Shown here: one piece after another, positions 33,193-43,570 of the stretch | Layout of the letters: the number at the start of each line of letters is the position of its first letter | Numbering within the stretch: position 1 is the first letter of the stretch | DNA from: Nitrosopumilus sp. | GTDB taxonomy: Archaea > Thermoproteota > Nitrososphaeria > Nitrososphaerales > Nitrosopumilaceae | Length of the DNA: 64,000 nucleotides | Reading direction: 5' to 3' | NCBI GenBank assembly: GCA_965207445.1 | Contig: CBDBLX010000002.1 | Location: 768,001 to 832,000, forward strand | The notes under the pieces: generated by a model | What the model saw: only the letters and a program-made list of their open reading frames with translations | What the model was told of the DNA's origin: nothing | Database searches by the model: none | Position numbers and translations under genes: made by a program

Positions 33193-34491
33193 ATGTCTAT
33201 ATCTAATAATGATATTCACATGATATACGTATTACTTGATGGTGTAGGCGATCTCCCTCATATTGACCTTGATGGCAAGACACCACTAGAAGCTGCACAC
33301 ACCCCGGCGCTTGATGCCATTGCATCAAACTCTATATCGGGCCAAGTGATATCAGTAGGACAAGGAATAGCTCCTGAATCAGACATTGCAGTGTTTAATA
33401 TGCTCGGGTACAAGTTTAGTCATGCAGATTATGCCGGGCGAGGTGTAATTGAGGCAATTGGAATCGGATTAGATTTTAAAGATGGCGATCTTGCACTACG
33501 TGGAAACTTTTCTACACTTGATGAACAGACAGGTGCCATTACTGATAGAAGAGCAGGCAGACACATAGATCCTCAAGATGCTTGTGCTATATCTCAAGAG
33601 TTGGAAGAAAATATAAAATTTTCCGAACCTAATACAACAGTTGCAATATCGCCTACAATTGGACATCGTGTCACAGTTAGACTAAGGCGCGATAATGGTG
33701 AAAAAGAGTTTTCATCTAAAATATCAAACACCGATCCAGCATATACTAACATTGATGGTATGGGCGTGGCAAAAGCAGTGGCTGATTACATGAAAGTGGA
33801 AAAATGTCTGCCACTAGAAACTACACCTGATGCTATTGCAACAGCACAGGCAGTCAATGAATTCTCTGAGCAAGCCATCACAATAATGAAAAACAGTAAA
33901 ACAAATCAGGTTCGTAAACAATCTGGAAAGAAAGAACTCAGCTGTATACTTTTACGTGATGCGGGAAACAAATATCCTTGCGTAGTACCTATAAATGAAA
34001 AATACAATATGAACTTTTCATGCATTGTAGATATGCCAGTTGAAATTGGCATATCAAAGGTATTACACATGAGAGCATTTGAAGCAGGTGGGCTAACAGA
34101 TTATGAACAAAAGGCAAAAGTTGCAACTGATGCGATGAATTCACAAAATGCTATATATGTTCATTTAAAGGGACCTGATGAATTTGGACATGATGGTGAT
34201 GCAATTGGCAAAAAGAACAATATTGAGGAGATTGACAGACGCTTTTTCTCAAAGTTGCTTGATGGAATAGATACATCCAAAGTGGCTATTGTGATTTCTG
34301 CTGATCATGCTACTCCATGTATAACACATGGACACACTGATGACCCTGTCCCTGTAGTGATATCGTATGATGGTATAAAGGGTGATGGAACTAGTAGAAT
34401 GACCGAATCTCAATCTGCAAAGGGAAAACTAGGTACGTTGTTGGGATTCAAAGTTATTCCCACTACAATAGATTTGATAAACACTGTGTAA
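33193..34491 (+). CDS. apgM: 2,3-bisphosphoglycerate-independent phosphoglycerate mutase (archaeal)
   Basis: LLDGVGDLP...KTPLEAAHTP, PESDIA, DRRAGR, HLKGPDEFGHDG and SADHATP motifs. Confidence 0.93.
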   Translation: MSISNNDIHMIYVLLDGVGDLPHIDLDGKTPLEAAHTPALDAIASNSISGQVISVGQGIAPESDIAVFNMLGYKFSHADYAGRGVIEAIGIGLDFKDGDLALRGNFSTLDEQTGAITDRRAGRHIDPQDACAISQELEENIKFSEPNTTVAISPTIGHRVTVRLRRDNGEKEFSSKISNTDPAYTNIDGMGVAKAVADYMKVEKCLPLETTPDAIATAQAVNEFSEQAITIMKNSKTNQVRKQSGKKELSCILLRDAGNKYPCVVPINEKYNMNFSCIVDMPVEIGISKVLHMRAFEAGGLTDYEQKAKVATDAMNSQNAIYVHLKGPDEFGHDGDAIGKKNNIEEIDRRFFSKLLDGIDTSKVAIVISADHATPCITHGHTDDPVPVVISYDGIKGDGTSRMTESQSAKGKLGTLLGFKVIPTTIDLINTV

Positions 34492-34659
34492 TAATTATGT
34501 GCGTAGAATATTCTAGAGTTAATTTGATGTTATATGTGATGTTTGTAAATTAATATATCTAAATTTATTAATATTATGATACATAATTTTATTACATTGT
34601 TTAAACTTGGAATGTGTTTTTGATGATTAATTGTATGTTATGTGTGGTGTACTCTAGAG

Positions 34660-35235
34660 TCAAATTTTGAATAGTTGTAATTGTTTTTGCGTACGCATTT
34701 GAATTGCATTGTTTCGTATGTAATCTACATCGATATTGTGATATTTGGACGGTGAAGTTCCAAGTTTTTCAAGCGCTCGTTTTAGCATTCTCACACCTGT
34801 CTCATTCTCATTTCTTTGTCCATGTGCAAATGCAACTGCAACTAGAATTATTCCTTGCACGAGCTCTTTTTCTCTACCAAAACAATTCTTCCATACACCT
34901 TCAAATGATTCGTGACTTTCCCAAAACCGTTCATTGTTAAAGTAAAATATTCCATCTTTAATGCCCTGTTCTTTTTCTATCTCTTCTATAGTGACATGGC
35001 GTATATTATCAATTATACCTATGGGTTCTAATCTCTTCACAAGATCATTTAAACGATCAGGATCAACTGAGACGTCAAGTTCGATAAAATCTGTGGCTAT
35101 TCTGGCTACTCGTACAGTAGTATTTACTTGAGTTGCAAGTCCTCGTGCACGATATACTATTCTTCGTGAATCTTCTGGTCCATACTCGCTTTTGTTTTTG
35201 AGGTGTAACATGTAGCGCTCCATGATTTGATACAT
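34660..35235 (-). CDS. DUF309 domain protein
   Basis: YFNNERFWESHESFEGVW...QGIILVAVAFAH motif. Confidence 0.85.
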   Translation of the reverse strand: MYQIMERYMLHLKNKSEYGPEDSRRIVYRARGLATQVNTTVRVARIATDFIELDVSVDPDRLNDLVKRLEPIGIIDNIRHVTIEEIEKEQGIKDGIFYFNNERFWESHESFEGVWKNCFGREKELVQGIILVAVAFAHGQRNENETGVRMLKRALEKLGTSPSKYHNIDVDYIRNNAIQMRTQKQLQLFKI

Positions 35236-35361
35236 GATGTATTTTCTTAAATTCCTTTATCTTGAGTAAATTGGTGGCGTGTAATCGTTGTCTTTTTGAA
35301 TTTAAGCATAATCTATGTCATATTTGTACAAAAATATAGATTACAACTTTAGGTTTATAAT

Positions 35362-35775
35362 ATGAAGTTTTTCAGACGTGTTAACATGCCTAGTAATAAT
35401 GTTAACACTGTATCTGATATCAAAAATCCACTTCTCTCACGACGTGAAATTACGTGTGATTTTCTAGGATTTGGGGGCAAACTTGGTAAAATTGACGCTA
35501 TGAATATGATCTCAGAAAAATACGATCTTGATGTCAAGACTATAATTCCGATGAAATTAAAAAATCATGTGGGGAGACCAACCATAACTGGTCTTTTTTA
35601 TGTGTATGAGGATGAATCATTGGCACGTAAGCATATAGAGCCAACTATATTCACTAGATTAGAAAAGAGCAAAACCAAAGCCGAAGAAAAGGCAGCAGAT
35701 GCTAGTAATGGTGGAAAAGACGAAGAAACAGCAGAGGAAGAAAACACAAAAGACTCAAAAGGAGAATCGCAATAA
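35362..35775 (+). CDS. rps24e: 30S ribosomal protein S24e
   Basis: KNPLLSRREI motif; immediately upstream of S27ae. Confidence 0.9.
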   Translation: MKFFRRVNMPSNNVNTVSDIKNPLLSRREITCDFLGFGGKLGKIDAMNMISEKYDLDVKTIIPMKLKNHVGRPTITGLFYVYEDESLARKHIEPTIFTRLEKSKTKAEEKAADASNGGKDEETAEEENTKDSKGESQ

Positions 35776-35946
35776 ATGGCTGGTAAAAAGGGCTTTAATC
35801 CTAGTGTTAGTAGTTATTATAAGATTGATGGGGACAAACTCATTCGTACCAAAAAAATCTGTCCTCGATGCGGTAAAGGACTATTCATGGCAGAACACAA
35901 AGACCGACATACCTGTGGTAGTTGTGGGTTTACAGAGTTCAAATAA
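35776..35946 (+). CDS. rps27ae: 30S ribosomal protein S27ae (56 aa, not in ORF track)
   Basis: MAGKKGFNPSVSSYYKIDGDKLIRTKKICPRCGKGLFMAEHKDRHTCGSCGFTEFK. Confidence 0.95.
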   Translation: MAGKKGFNPSVSSYYKIDGDKLIRTKKICPRCGKGLFMAEHKDRHTCGSCGFTEFK

Positions 35947-35949
35947 TAT

Positions 35950-36756
35950 CTAGTATAATCGTTTTTTACGTAACTTTGATTGTTTGTCTGAAATTTCATT
36001 TACAGCACGTATCAAATCAGGATCAAATTTTGTTGATGCCATTGATATGGCAGGTATCTTGATTATATTCTCATCAATTGCAACACTTGTACGTGGCAAA
36101 TGTCTCTGTTGCCAGTATTTGTTGACTTTGTCCTCTAATCTATAGTCTCTAAACCTTGATGGAAATCTTTTTGTAATATGAGTTATTAGTGTACGGTCAT
36201 TAAATACTGCACGCGGATCAAAAAGTCTGGACTCATCACTGTAAGCATTCTCAAATAAACTTGATGATACTTGATCTGATACGATTCGCATATTTGAGAT
36301 TCTCCAAACCAACTCTAAATAATGCAAAAACTCGTGAGCTAACACTGCGTGTATGGTACCTTTTAGCCCATATGCTATGAGTGGCGCTGTAATCTGTATT
36401 ATGATCTTTAGCGTATCTTTAATGTGCACTGGTATTGTTCTTGCGTATAATATTCCATACCCTATGCTTGGATCTGTTGTTGTGGTGACCATGGATGGCT
36501 CAACATATGCGATTGGAAATTGTATGTTTGATGCTCGCTCTATACGATTTATTCCTTCAATTACAATAGGAAAACGTTTTGTTACTAGTGTAAAAACGTC
36601 ATCTGGAATTACGGCTTTACTGTTGGCATCTTTTAGTTGTTGCAGTGGGTCCAATAATAAAAGACGCCAACTATACAAGTAAAAAAGCTTGCATGATTCA
36701 CTGTTTGGGTTTACCAGACTTTTTCCGTTTACGTGTAGCGGCCATCTGATCTGCAT
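35950..36756 (-). CDS. Hypothetical protein with HExxH motif
   Basis: AVLAHEFLHYLE; start probably nearer 36650. Confidence 0.7.
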   Translation of the reverse strand: MQIRWPLHVNGKSLVNPNSESCKLFYLYSWRLLLLDPLQQLKDANSKAVIPDDVFTLVTKRFPIVIEGINRIERASNIQFPIAYVEPSMVTTTTDPSIGYGILYARTIPVHIKDTLKIIIQITAPLIAYGLKGTIHAVLAHEFLHYLELVWRISNMRIVSDQVSSSLFENAYSDESRLFDPRAVFNDRTLITHITKRFPSRFRDYRLEDKVNKYWQQRHLPRTSVAIDENIIKIPAISMASTKFDPDLIRAVNEISDKQSKLRKKRLY

Positions 36757-37104
36757 GTCTTTGATGCTTGTTGTGCTTTCTTTTTGGCATACATGTGCGG
36801 AATTTTTCTAACAGTTAATTGTTGTCATTTTTAGAGATATTCTTGCATTAATTGTGGGTAGAAGTTACTGACGTCCTATTCGTCCCTTCCGCACAGCACA
36901 CGGTACCCAGTCCAGTTCACCCTTCACCTGCACGTGTGCTAGGCACCGCCGGTATGTATGTGGTAGAGAGGGGTACGCTCATGACGACTGCTGTGGGTTT
37001 TCGGCAGGTCGTCTTACCGCCGTCACCGCGTATGCGGGTGAAGAAAAAGAAAGTAGCATGGGGTACACCATGTACAGTGGCGAGTGACGCTCATTCACCA
37101 TACA

Positions 37105-37872
37105 TCATGCACCTCTCCATGCCTCCACGCATGCATTCTCGATGAGTGTTCTCCATATGTCCATACCATGTATCATTACACCTGCGGCCTGTGCTGGGGT
37201 GCATCCTAGCGAGCTGTGAACGCGCACAAAATTGTACCATACTGCAAACAGGTAGAACAGGTACGAGTCGACGCGCTTTACGCCCCGTCTTAGCACATAG
37301 AATGTCCGTTGGGTGCCATTGAAGCGCTCTTGAGCGTTGTTGTTCTTTTTATCATGCTTGCTTATTCCCGCGTCATTGATGTGCACACATTTTACGGCCG
37401 CACGTCTGCCTGAGATGTCCGCGGGAGCGCCCCCGGGGGTGTCTTTTGATTTTGATTTTCTTGCCGAGTCGGGATCCGCAATGTGTACACTGTGATCATC
37501 AAGTGCGTTTTTTGGAGCAAGTAGTGCCTCAAACGCCACTTGAAATGATGCGAGTAAATCGGTTATGAGTTCTACGGGATCCTTACCCGCGCGTAATATG
37601 CACTGCATCAGCATGCGCGTCACGTCGGCCCCTTTCTTTCGATCAGATATGTCCTGCGAGAGCAAAAAGCGAGTCTTGGCATCCGTTGAGCCGAATATGT
37701 AGTGATCATTGCTGCCTATCTTTTCGATTATATCGTCGGCCCTGACGCGGTCGCCCAAATGGTTGAGTGGAATACGTAGTGTGTAACAAAACAAGAGAAA
37801 CGTGTATTTTTTAAGAGTTTTGTAGATACTTGTAGGATGCCTCTGGAATCCCTTTCTTGAGAGGGATTGTGA
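37105..37872 (-). pseudogene. N-terminally truncated DDE transposase/integrase (IS6-like, archaeal)
   Basis: TDAKTRFLLS, LITD, NNNAQERFNGTQR and YNFVRVHSSLGCTPAQAAG motifs. GC-richer than the host; 5' end cut at the 81-bp MITE. Confidence 0.75.
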
Positions 37873-37953
37873 GTAACCGTTCAACCCCCGCACCTGCGCC
37901 AGACATTAGGTGGTGAATTTGTGCCTAAATTTGGGAAGGGGTTGAACGGTTAC
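37873..37953. mobile_element. 81-bp MITE family, copy 3
   Basis: Perfect 16-bp TIR GTAACCGTTCAACCCC / GGGGTTGAACGGTTAC. An extra TIR copy ends at 38001. Confidence 0.9.
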
Positions 37954-38009
37954 ATATCGTTCATGGGTGTACTAGTCTGAGGTGGAGGGTTGAACGGTTA
38001 CTATGATCA

Positions 38010-38960
38010 TTGTCAAAAAAAATTTATAATTGTGTAATGAAGGAGCAAATAATGAAACGAAATGATTTCAGAGTAATGCTGTTGGTGCCATTAATTACAA
38101 CCATGGTGATTTCTATGTCAATTATTGGTTATGTAATAGCTGAAGAACGCACAGACAGGCAACTAATAGACAAATGGAACGAAACATTTGGCGACGACAT
38201 CGACACGTCCGAAAACGGCACTACTCCATCAGACAAAATTAAGATTTCAGTTATGAAAGAGATATACGAATCTATGAGTAACCCAGATAATCTTTCTGCC
38301 TATCAGTTAAACTACGAGACGGAACAAAACGAGGCTCTTGAGACTGCCCGCGCCTTGCATAATCTAATCGAGTCTACAAACGATACTGCAACTAGAGCCA
38401 CGTTAGAGCAGACATTGGAGAATCTAAAGTCTAGAATGGCGCAAGTGGGGATATTCACACCTGAAGATACTGATGATGAGGAACTAAATGCGATTCATGA
38501 TCAATATCAGGAGGATGCACGAGAGTCGTTTCGACCCGCTCAAGTGCCTGAAGAAAATGTCGGAAGCCCTTCTGGTACAACTGTATCTGTAAGCGGGCAA
38601 TATCAGACACAAATGTTTTTGGAATACACATGTGAGCCATTTGTGTGTAGAAGTGCCAAGGTACTAGATTATATCGATCCAGGTGAATCCACAAGTGCGG
38701 TGGTGACGGTTCCCTCTAAAATATCTACAGTAAATGTACTGGAGTGGCGGATAAAAATTGGAAACCAACAGGCAGGACAATGGCAATCGGGCTATCATCA
38801 GGCAATTCATTATGATGAGAATTGGAATTACAAAAGTGGAGCTGTAAAGAGCAGCTACAAATATTATCCGTATAATAGTTACGTACAATATACCGTCTAC
38901 TCGGTCAATAATACAGATGCAGGAGACAAGACGTATCAGTATCTCTACTTTTATCAATAA
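38010..38960 (+). CDS. Secreted hypothetical protein (helical N-domain, beta-rich C-domain)
   Basis: Signal-like MKRNDFRVMLLVPLITTMVISMSIIGYVIA, an acidic helical middle and a Tyr/Val-rich C-terminus. Confidence 0.7.
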   Translation: MSKKIYNCVMKEQIMKRNDFRVMLLVPLITTMVISMSIIGYVIAEERTDRQLIDKWNETFGDDIDTSENGTTPSDKIKISVMKEIYESMSNPDNLSAYQLNYETEQNEALETARALHNLIESTNDTATRATLEQTLENLKSRMAQVGIFTPEDTDDEELNAIHDQYQEDARESFRPAQVPEENVGSPSGTTVSVSGQYQTQMFLEYTCEPFVCRSAKVLDYIDPGESTSAVVTVPSKISTVNVLEWRIKIGNQQAGQWQSGYHQAIHYDENWNYKSGAVKSSYKYYPYNSYVQYTVYSVNNTDAGDKTYQYLYFYQ

Positions 38961-39176
38961 GTGAATGTTACAATTAACGCAAAAGTGCCCCCATGACTGA
39001 GATGGAAAGGAGATAAGATCGGGTAGAAAATTTTTACGTGCCTCTCAGATTTCATGAGGTTCATAAGATGAACTCCTTTCACATATTGCGCAGATGATCT
39101 TGTCTGACTCTTCTAGACCCTTGAACCTATGAGGCTCTGTTATACACAGAATACTATACATCTATCATAAATACCA

Positions 39177-39188
39177 AAACTTTTTAAC
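39177..39188 (+). promoter_or_regulatory. BRE/TATA promoter of micro-operon A
   Basis: AAAACTTTTTAAC-type motif about 25 nt upstream of ATG 39210; the same motif precedes cassette B. Confidence 0.55.
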
Positions 39189-39209
39189 TTCAACCTTCTT
39201 ATATAATAT

Positions 39210-39362
39210 ATGGCCACAGTTGAAGAGTTAAGGTCTTTATGTGATGATATGTGGAATGCTATCCCATCTGACAAGGCAGATGATGATGAGGTGACTCCAG
39301 AAGTGTTAGATAAAGTGCAATCTGTGGCGAGGGAAATGTTACAGAGAGTGCAAGATGATTGA
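39210..39362 (+). CDS. 50-aa acidic helical protein (cassette A ORF1, not in ORF track)
   Basis: MATVEELRSLCDDMWNAIPSDKADDDEVTPEVLDKVQSVAREMLQRVQDD; the N-terminus resembles that of 60935-61102. Confidence 0.6.
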   Translation: MATVEELRSLCDDMWNAIPSDKADDDEVTPEVLDKVQSVAREMLQRVQDD

Positions 39363-39483
39363 TGAATATAGAAAGGCTCAACTTTAAGAACTATTATACA
39401 AATTATTATAGTTGGCCCCATATCTAACAATAGCCACCTTAAAACTCCTAATAGGTGAAATATATGATGAATTGGTTGATTGA
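39355..39483 (+). pseudogene. 42-codon amphipathic peptide ORF with two nonsense codons (cassette A ORF2)
   Basis: MIDEYRKAQL*ELLYKLL*LAPYLTIATLKLLIGEIYDELVD in one frame; overlaps the ORF1 stop and the ORF3 start. Confidence 0.4.
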
Positions 39484-39844
39484 TATACAAAGGTCTAAAT
39501 GGTCAATATTGCCCGTGCTTGTCTTTATGGGTGTATCTATAGGCGTGTCTCTATTTACTTCAAATGACTATCTACTCATTATAATTGCGAGTGGCACCAT
39601 TGCTATTATACAATGGATTTCACGCCGTTTACAATACATAAAACCATCTCTTGTGAGTCAGGGCACGTCACGTCATAACTTTATCGGTAGTTTACTCTGG
39701 GTTGCAGTATTATGTGGCATGTTCTTGCTTTTGGCTTTGAATCCTACAGCGTTACCGATGTTATCCGTTGGTATAGGCTTGGGCATCTATATGATTCTAA
39801 TAGTGTATCCAATAGCAAATTTATCGACGCTAATCAAATCATAG
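39464..39844 (+). CDS. 4-TM membrane protein (cassette A ORF3)
   Basis: AGGTGA Shine-Dalgarno-like site at 39453-39458; two TM hairpins separated by a polar loop. Confidence 0.65.
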   Translation: MMNWLIDIQRSKWSILPVLVFMGVSIGVSLFTSNDYLLIIIASGTIAIIQWISRRLQYIKPSLVSQGTSRHNFIGSLLWVAVLCGMFLLLALNPTALPMLSVGIGLGIYMILIVYPIANLSTLIKS

Positions 39845-39918
39845 GGTGTATAGGAATACTTGAAGTCTAACTTTACCACATTGACAAGCAACTAATTTCT
39901 AAAAAATAGCGTGTTGCA

Positions 39919-41828
39919 GTAACTATTTTGCTTTTTGAAGTGCACACATAAGGTAAAAGATCATGCGCATTTTTCCGATCATGATGATCTTGGCATTGTA
40001 TATTCATATATAATCAATTGGTAAGGATAGTGTGTAGTTGATTATAATGCGCAGATGGACATTAATGATTCTGTAGTTTTAGCCGGGTTTGCATCCCTTG
40101 CACAACATATCAAAAAAGCTCTCGCCTCTGATCTTACCTGTTGCAGGTAGTGTGAATAATATTGAGTTGGCCTCCATACCACGAGACGTTCTGTTTCCAC
40201 CATTACCATCATTTTTTATGGATATGAATACTCGATTAGTTCGTTCAACGTCATTATTGTCTGGTGGTATGCCCTTTATGTGTAAAAAGGTGCTCATGTG
40301 GTATCCTTCGAGTCTCCATCTCTTTTTGAATCTGTTTATTATGCCCTCTTTGTCACCTGCCCAGTCTTTTTCCTTTGTTCAATCATTGTTCATTAGTTGG
40401 CGCAGTTGGCTGTCCAAACAATATGAGGCCACTTGTCATGTGTGAGGATCGTCTGTTTCATCTGCTTTATAGAATTGTTTGAATATTTGAACTAATGTGG
40501 TGAGAAATCGCAGTACAGCACCTTTTGGATTCACATATTTGATGTCTTTTTTTGGCAGTCGAGTCTGATGTGACAAACACATCTGATGTTGTATTCCAAT
40601 GTGACCCCATGATGGATTAGAGTCATGCCGTACTAGTCCATTGTATTTTGGCAGGAATTTTTTGAGGGTGGATATTGTTTTGTTGTCAGTTATCTCTATT
40701 AGACAGCAGTCGTCTCCGAGCGCAATTAAACCGCACGCACGTTTTTTGTTTGCCCCAGGCCAGTCAAACTCATCACAGACTAACTCGCTTTTGTTTAAAA
40801 TTTTTTGTTTGATCTCATCGTGTTTTGGTTTTTGTGCTTTGGCATGTGAACTTGTCACGATATGCCGCTGATGGGGAGATCTCAACTTGCATGACATCCT
40901 TGCTGAATTCTGCAGTCTTTGCGTGTGATAGACCTTTCATGTTTAGTGTGACTGTGGTTGCAGAATGATTAGTTGAACGGCGTGCATGAGGCCTTACGTT
41001 TGAAATGGGTTGCTGCACTTGCTTTTTGCATTTACTGCACCAGCGACGTTTGATATCAAACTTGACATACTCTTTGATTGTTGTAATGATTTGGACCACT
41101 ACCCTGTCATACTCATCTGTTATGGTCGATGAGAGTGGGTTTTTGCATTGTGGGCATGTAGTGCCATCTATCACCTCTGTTCTGGCTATGTTTACAGGGC
41201 GCGTAGTTTTGGTAGATTTTTGCCCCTTGGGTTTGCCTGCCCCGTGGTTTATTTTCTCCTGGCGTTTTGTCAGGTTTATCACTAGCAGTGACTGCCTTGA
41301 TGCCGTTTTTCTTGGCCCTTAGCTCTTTGTTGATCTTTTGATATTTTTTATTGTCCTTGGTCAATTCTTCATTTTGTGTCTTTAACGTGTTTAGCATCTT
41401 GTAGCATCTCAGACACACCATTGGCCGTTATTTTTTTCTTTGAATTCGATGACTCTTGCAATATCTTGTCAATCGGTATTGTGCAACCACCACTTGCAAC
41501 ACTCGCAATCACTTTTGAGACATGGTTTTTTTGCATGTTGTGTGTTTTTGTCACGAGGTTCTGAGCAGCACAACTATGTTCTCTCCTCCTGCAAATAATT
41601 AACACTTGCAATTCCAGTCACACTGATCGCTTAAATCACATTTTTGCGATGATCTAATATCGTTCCTGTCTATCATTTTATTCTTACTCAATGATAGATG
41701 GAAGCGTTTTGATTTAACACCCCTAACGCTAAATTATTCAAGTGTTTAATCAAATTTTTCAAACCAAAATTATCATAGTATATTATCATAAAAATTTAAG
41801 TGTCCACTTCAAAAAGCAAAATAGTTAC
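39919..41828 (-). mobile_element. IS66-family (single-ORF ISBst12-like) element, frameshifted copy
   Basis: 24-bp TIR GTAACTATTTTGCTTTTTGAAGTG at both ends. Transposase split into several ORFs (CPQC, IPPDNNDVERTNR). Near-identical to 51497-53515; no TSD. Confidence 0.9.
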
Positions 41829-42165
41829 AACAAAAGCAAACTCATCAAAACCATCCCAGAGACTTGTTGCAAGCGTTAGATAATGGAGACGGGATTATAA
41901 TAATAAAAAACACGACTCCAAAGACAACTAGCAACGCCTTGCAGCTTCGATCACTGTTGATATTTTTTGGAATGCTGTTATATGGCTTATGGGCAATGAC
42001 AAGGTACGAAAATTACGGCGGACTTGCAGGTGAAAAATTATTCACAATGGATTATTTATGGATTCAATTGCCAGATTAATCAGAAGACTGCTTCGGTGGG
42101 AATTAGAGCACGGTGGTTCCTTGCCATTGTAAATATGTCGCACTGAATAATTAGAACTAAGATCA

Positions 42166-43563
42166 TTAAAATTGAGCACATTGCGAACTACTGACATGGG
42201 AGTTGAGTGATTGCTTGTGTTTGAGAATAATCACATCCTCAAAGTCAAATTGGACACATTTACATGATTGATTCAAAATTTGTGATATACTTGGCCAAAC
42301 ACCGTCTCCTGTGACAAGCCGTTTTATTGGAATGCCTCCCTCTAGTGTGGCCCACACGACGACTGTATTTACAGAGTTAATATCTCGCCTGTATTTTAAT
42401 TCCAATATGGTCTTTTTTACAATAGTGTCATTTTTAGTTTTAATATCAATTGTACCCTTTGACAGTATTTTGAGTCTTTGAAGATATTGTCTGTCTGATA
42501 TTTTATATGATGAATTGAATTCAGGCTTTATGTTTTTGCCATTGTTTATGTAATTGATATTCTCTGCATTTGAATATACATCACTATTATATGGCTCATT
42601 AGTTATTACAACCTTTATACGAACTTTGGATAAGAATTGCATAGATTTTACAAAAGAACTATCCGTATTCTGTAGACAACTCAAAGATATGGATTTGAGT
42701 CTGATCTGCTTATTTTTATATGAACTTGCAATATGTCTTTTTTTTGGAAACTGTATACGCGCAAAAAATGGTCTACCTCCGCCAGATACCAAACTATCTC
42801 TATCCTCTCCCCCAATCCATGTAAATTTCGCAGTTGTTCCGCCCAACATACCAAACAACATATTTGATATCTGTCCTTCTACACTATCATATCCAGATAT
42901 GCCATGAAATTCACAATTATAACATCCTCTGCCCATACAACTAGCACACCTGTCTTGTTTTTGTGATGTACCTCTTGCATGTTTTGTATATCTTCCATAT
43001 ATGACAACAGGTTTAGATAACACCTCGCAATATTTTTGGGCAGGTTGCACAGTAAATGATATTTCTGGCTCAAGGTGAACGTATTTTGCCCCTACTATTT
43101 TGGCAAATTTACTGCCAAGTTCTTTTGTCAGGCTTGTCTTTATGCTATCTGTTCCCTGCAGCTTGTATATAGAACGTATAAAATCATCTCTGTCAATTAT
43201 TGAGACTTTGATTATGGCACCTACTCCAAAAGATGAAAATTCGTATTCTTTTGATGCGTCGCGCATTATACACAACATGTCATCGATCTCATCAAAGAGC
43301 CCCTTGCATATGTAACATGTCTTTTGTATGTTGTGTTGCATCATTTTGTAAGATGTTGTGTCTCTTACACATTTGCGCAATTTTTGACCTAGTGATTTGT
43401 ACTGTTTACTGTATGTTTGTCCTGTAAACATTCTACCAAGACAATGATCGCACAAAAAGTATTTTTGTAATATGGATGTGGCTTTTTCTACATTACTATT
43501 GTTAGCAGAACCGTGTTGAATGTATGTCATGTGTTGCGGCCTATTTGTATCTATAAAACACAT
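42166..43563 (-). CDS. pus10: tRNA pseudouridine(54/55) synthase Pus10
   Basis: LCDHCLGR, YGRYTKHARG, IGGEDRDS and EGGIPIKRLVTG motifs. Confidence 0.88.
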   Translation of the reverse strand: MCFIDTNRPQHMTYIQHGSANNSNVEKATSILQKYFLCDHCLGRMFTGQTYSKQYKSLGQKLRKCVRDTTSYKMMQHNIQKTCYICKGLFDEIDDMLCIMRDASKEYEFSSFGVGAIIKVSIIDRDDFIRSIYKLQGTDSIKTSLTKELGSKFAKIVGAKYVHLEPEISFTVQPAQKYCEVLSKPVVIYGRYTKHARGTSQKQDRCASCMGRGCYNCEFHGISGYDSVEGQISNMLFGMLGGTTAKFTWIGGEDRDSLVSGGGRPFFARIQFPKKRHIASSYKNKQIRLKSISLSCLQNTDSSFVKSMQFLSKVRIKVVITNEPYNSDVYSNAENINYINNGKNIKPEFNSSYKISDRQYLQRLKILSKGTIDIKTKNDTIVKKTILELKYRRDINSVNTVVVWATLEGGIPIKRLVTGDGVWPSISQILNQSCKCVQFDFEDVIILKHKQSLNSHVSSSQCAQF

Positions 43564-43570
43564 GCAATTA

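Noticed and set aside
39043..39139. Imperfect inverted repeat (…CATGAGGTTCA / TGAACCTATGA…) upstream of cassette A
   Set aside because: Single copy and weak pairing; cannot be distinguished from chance or an old MITE relic.
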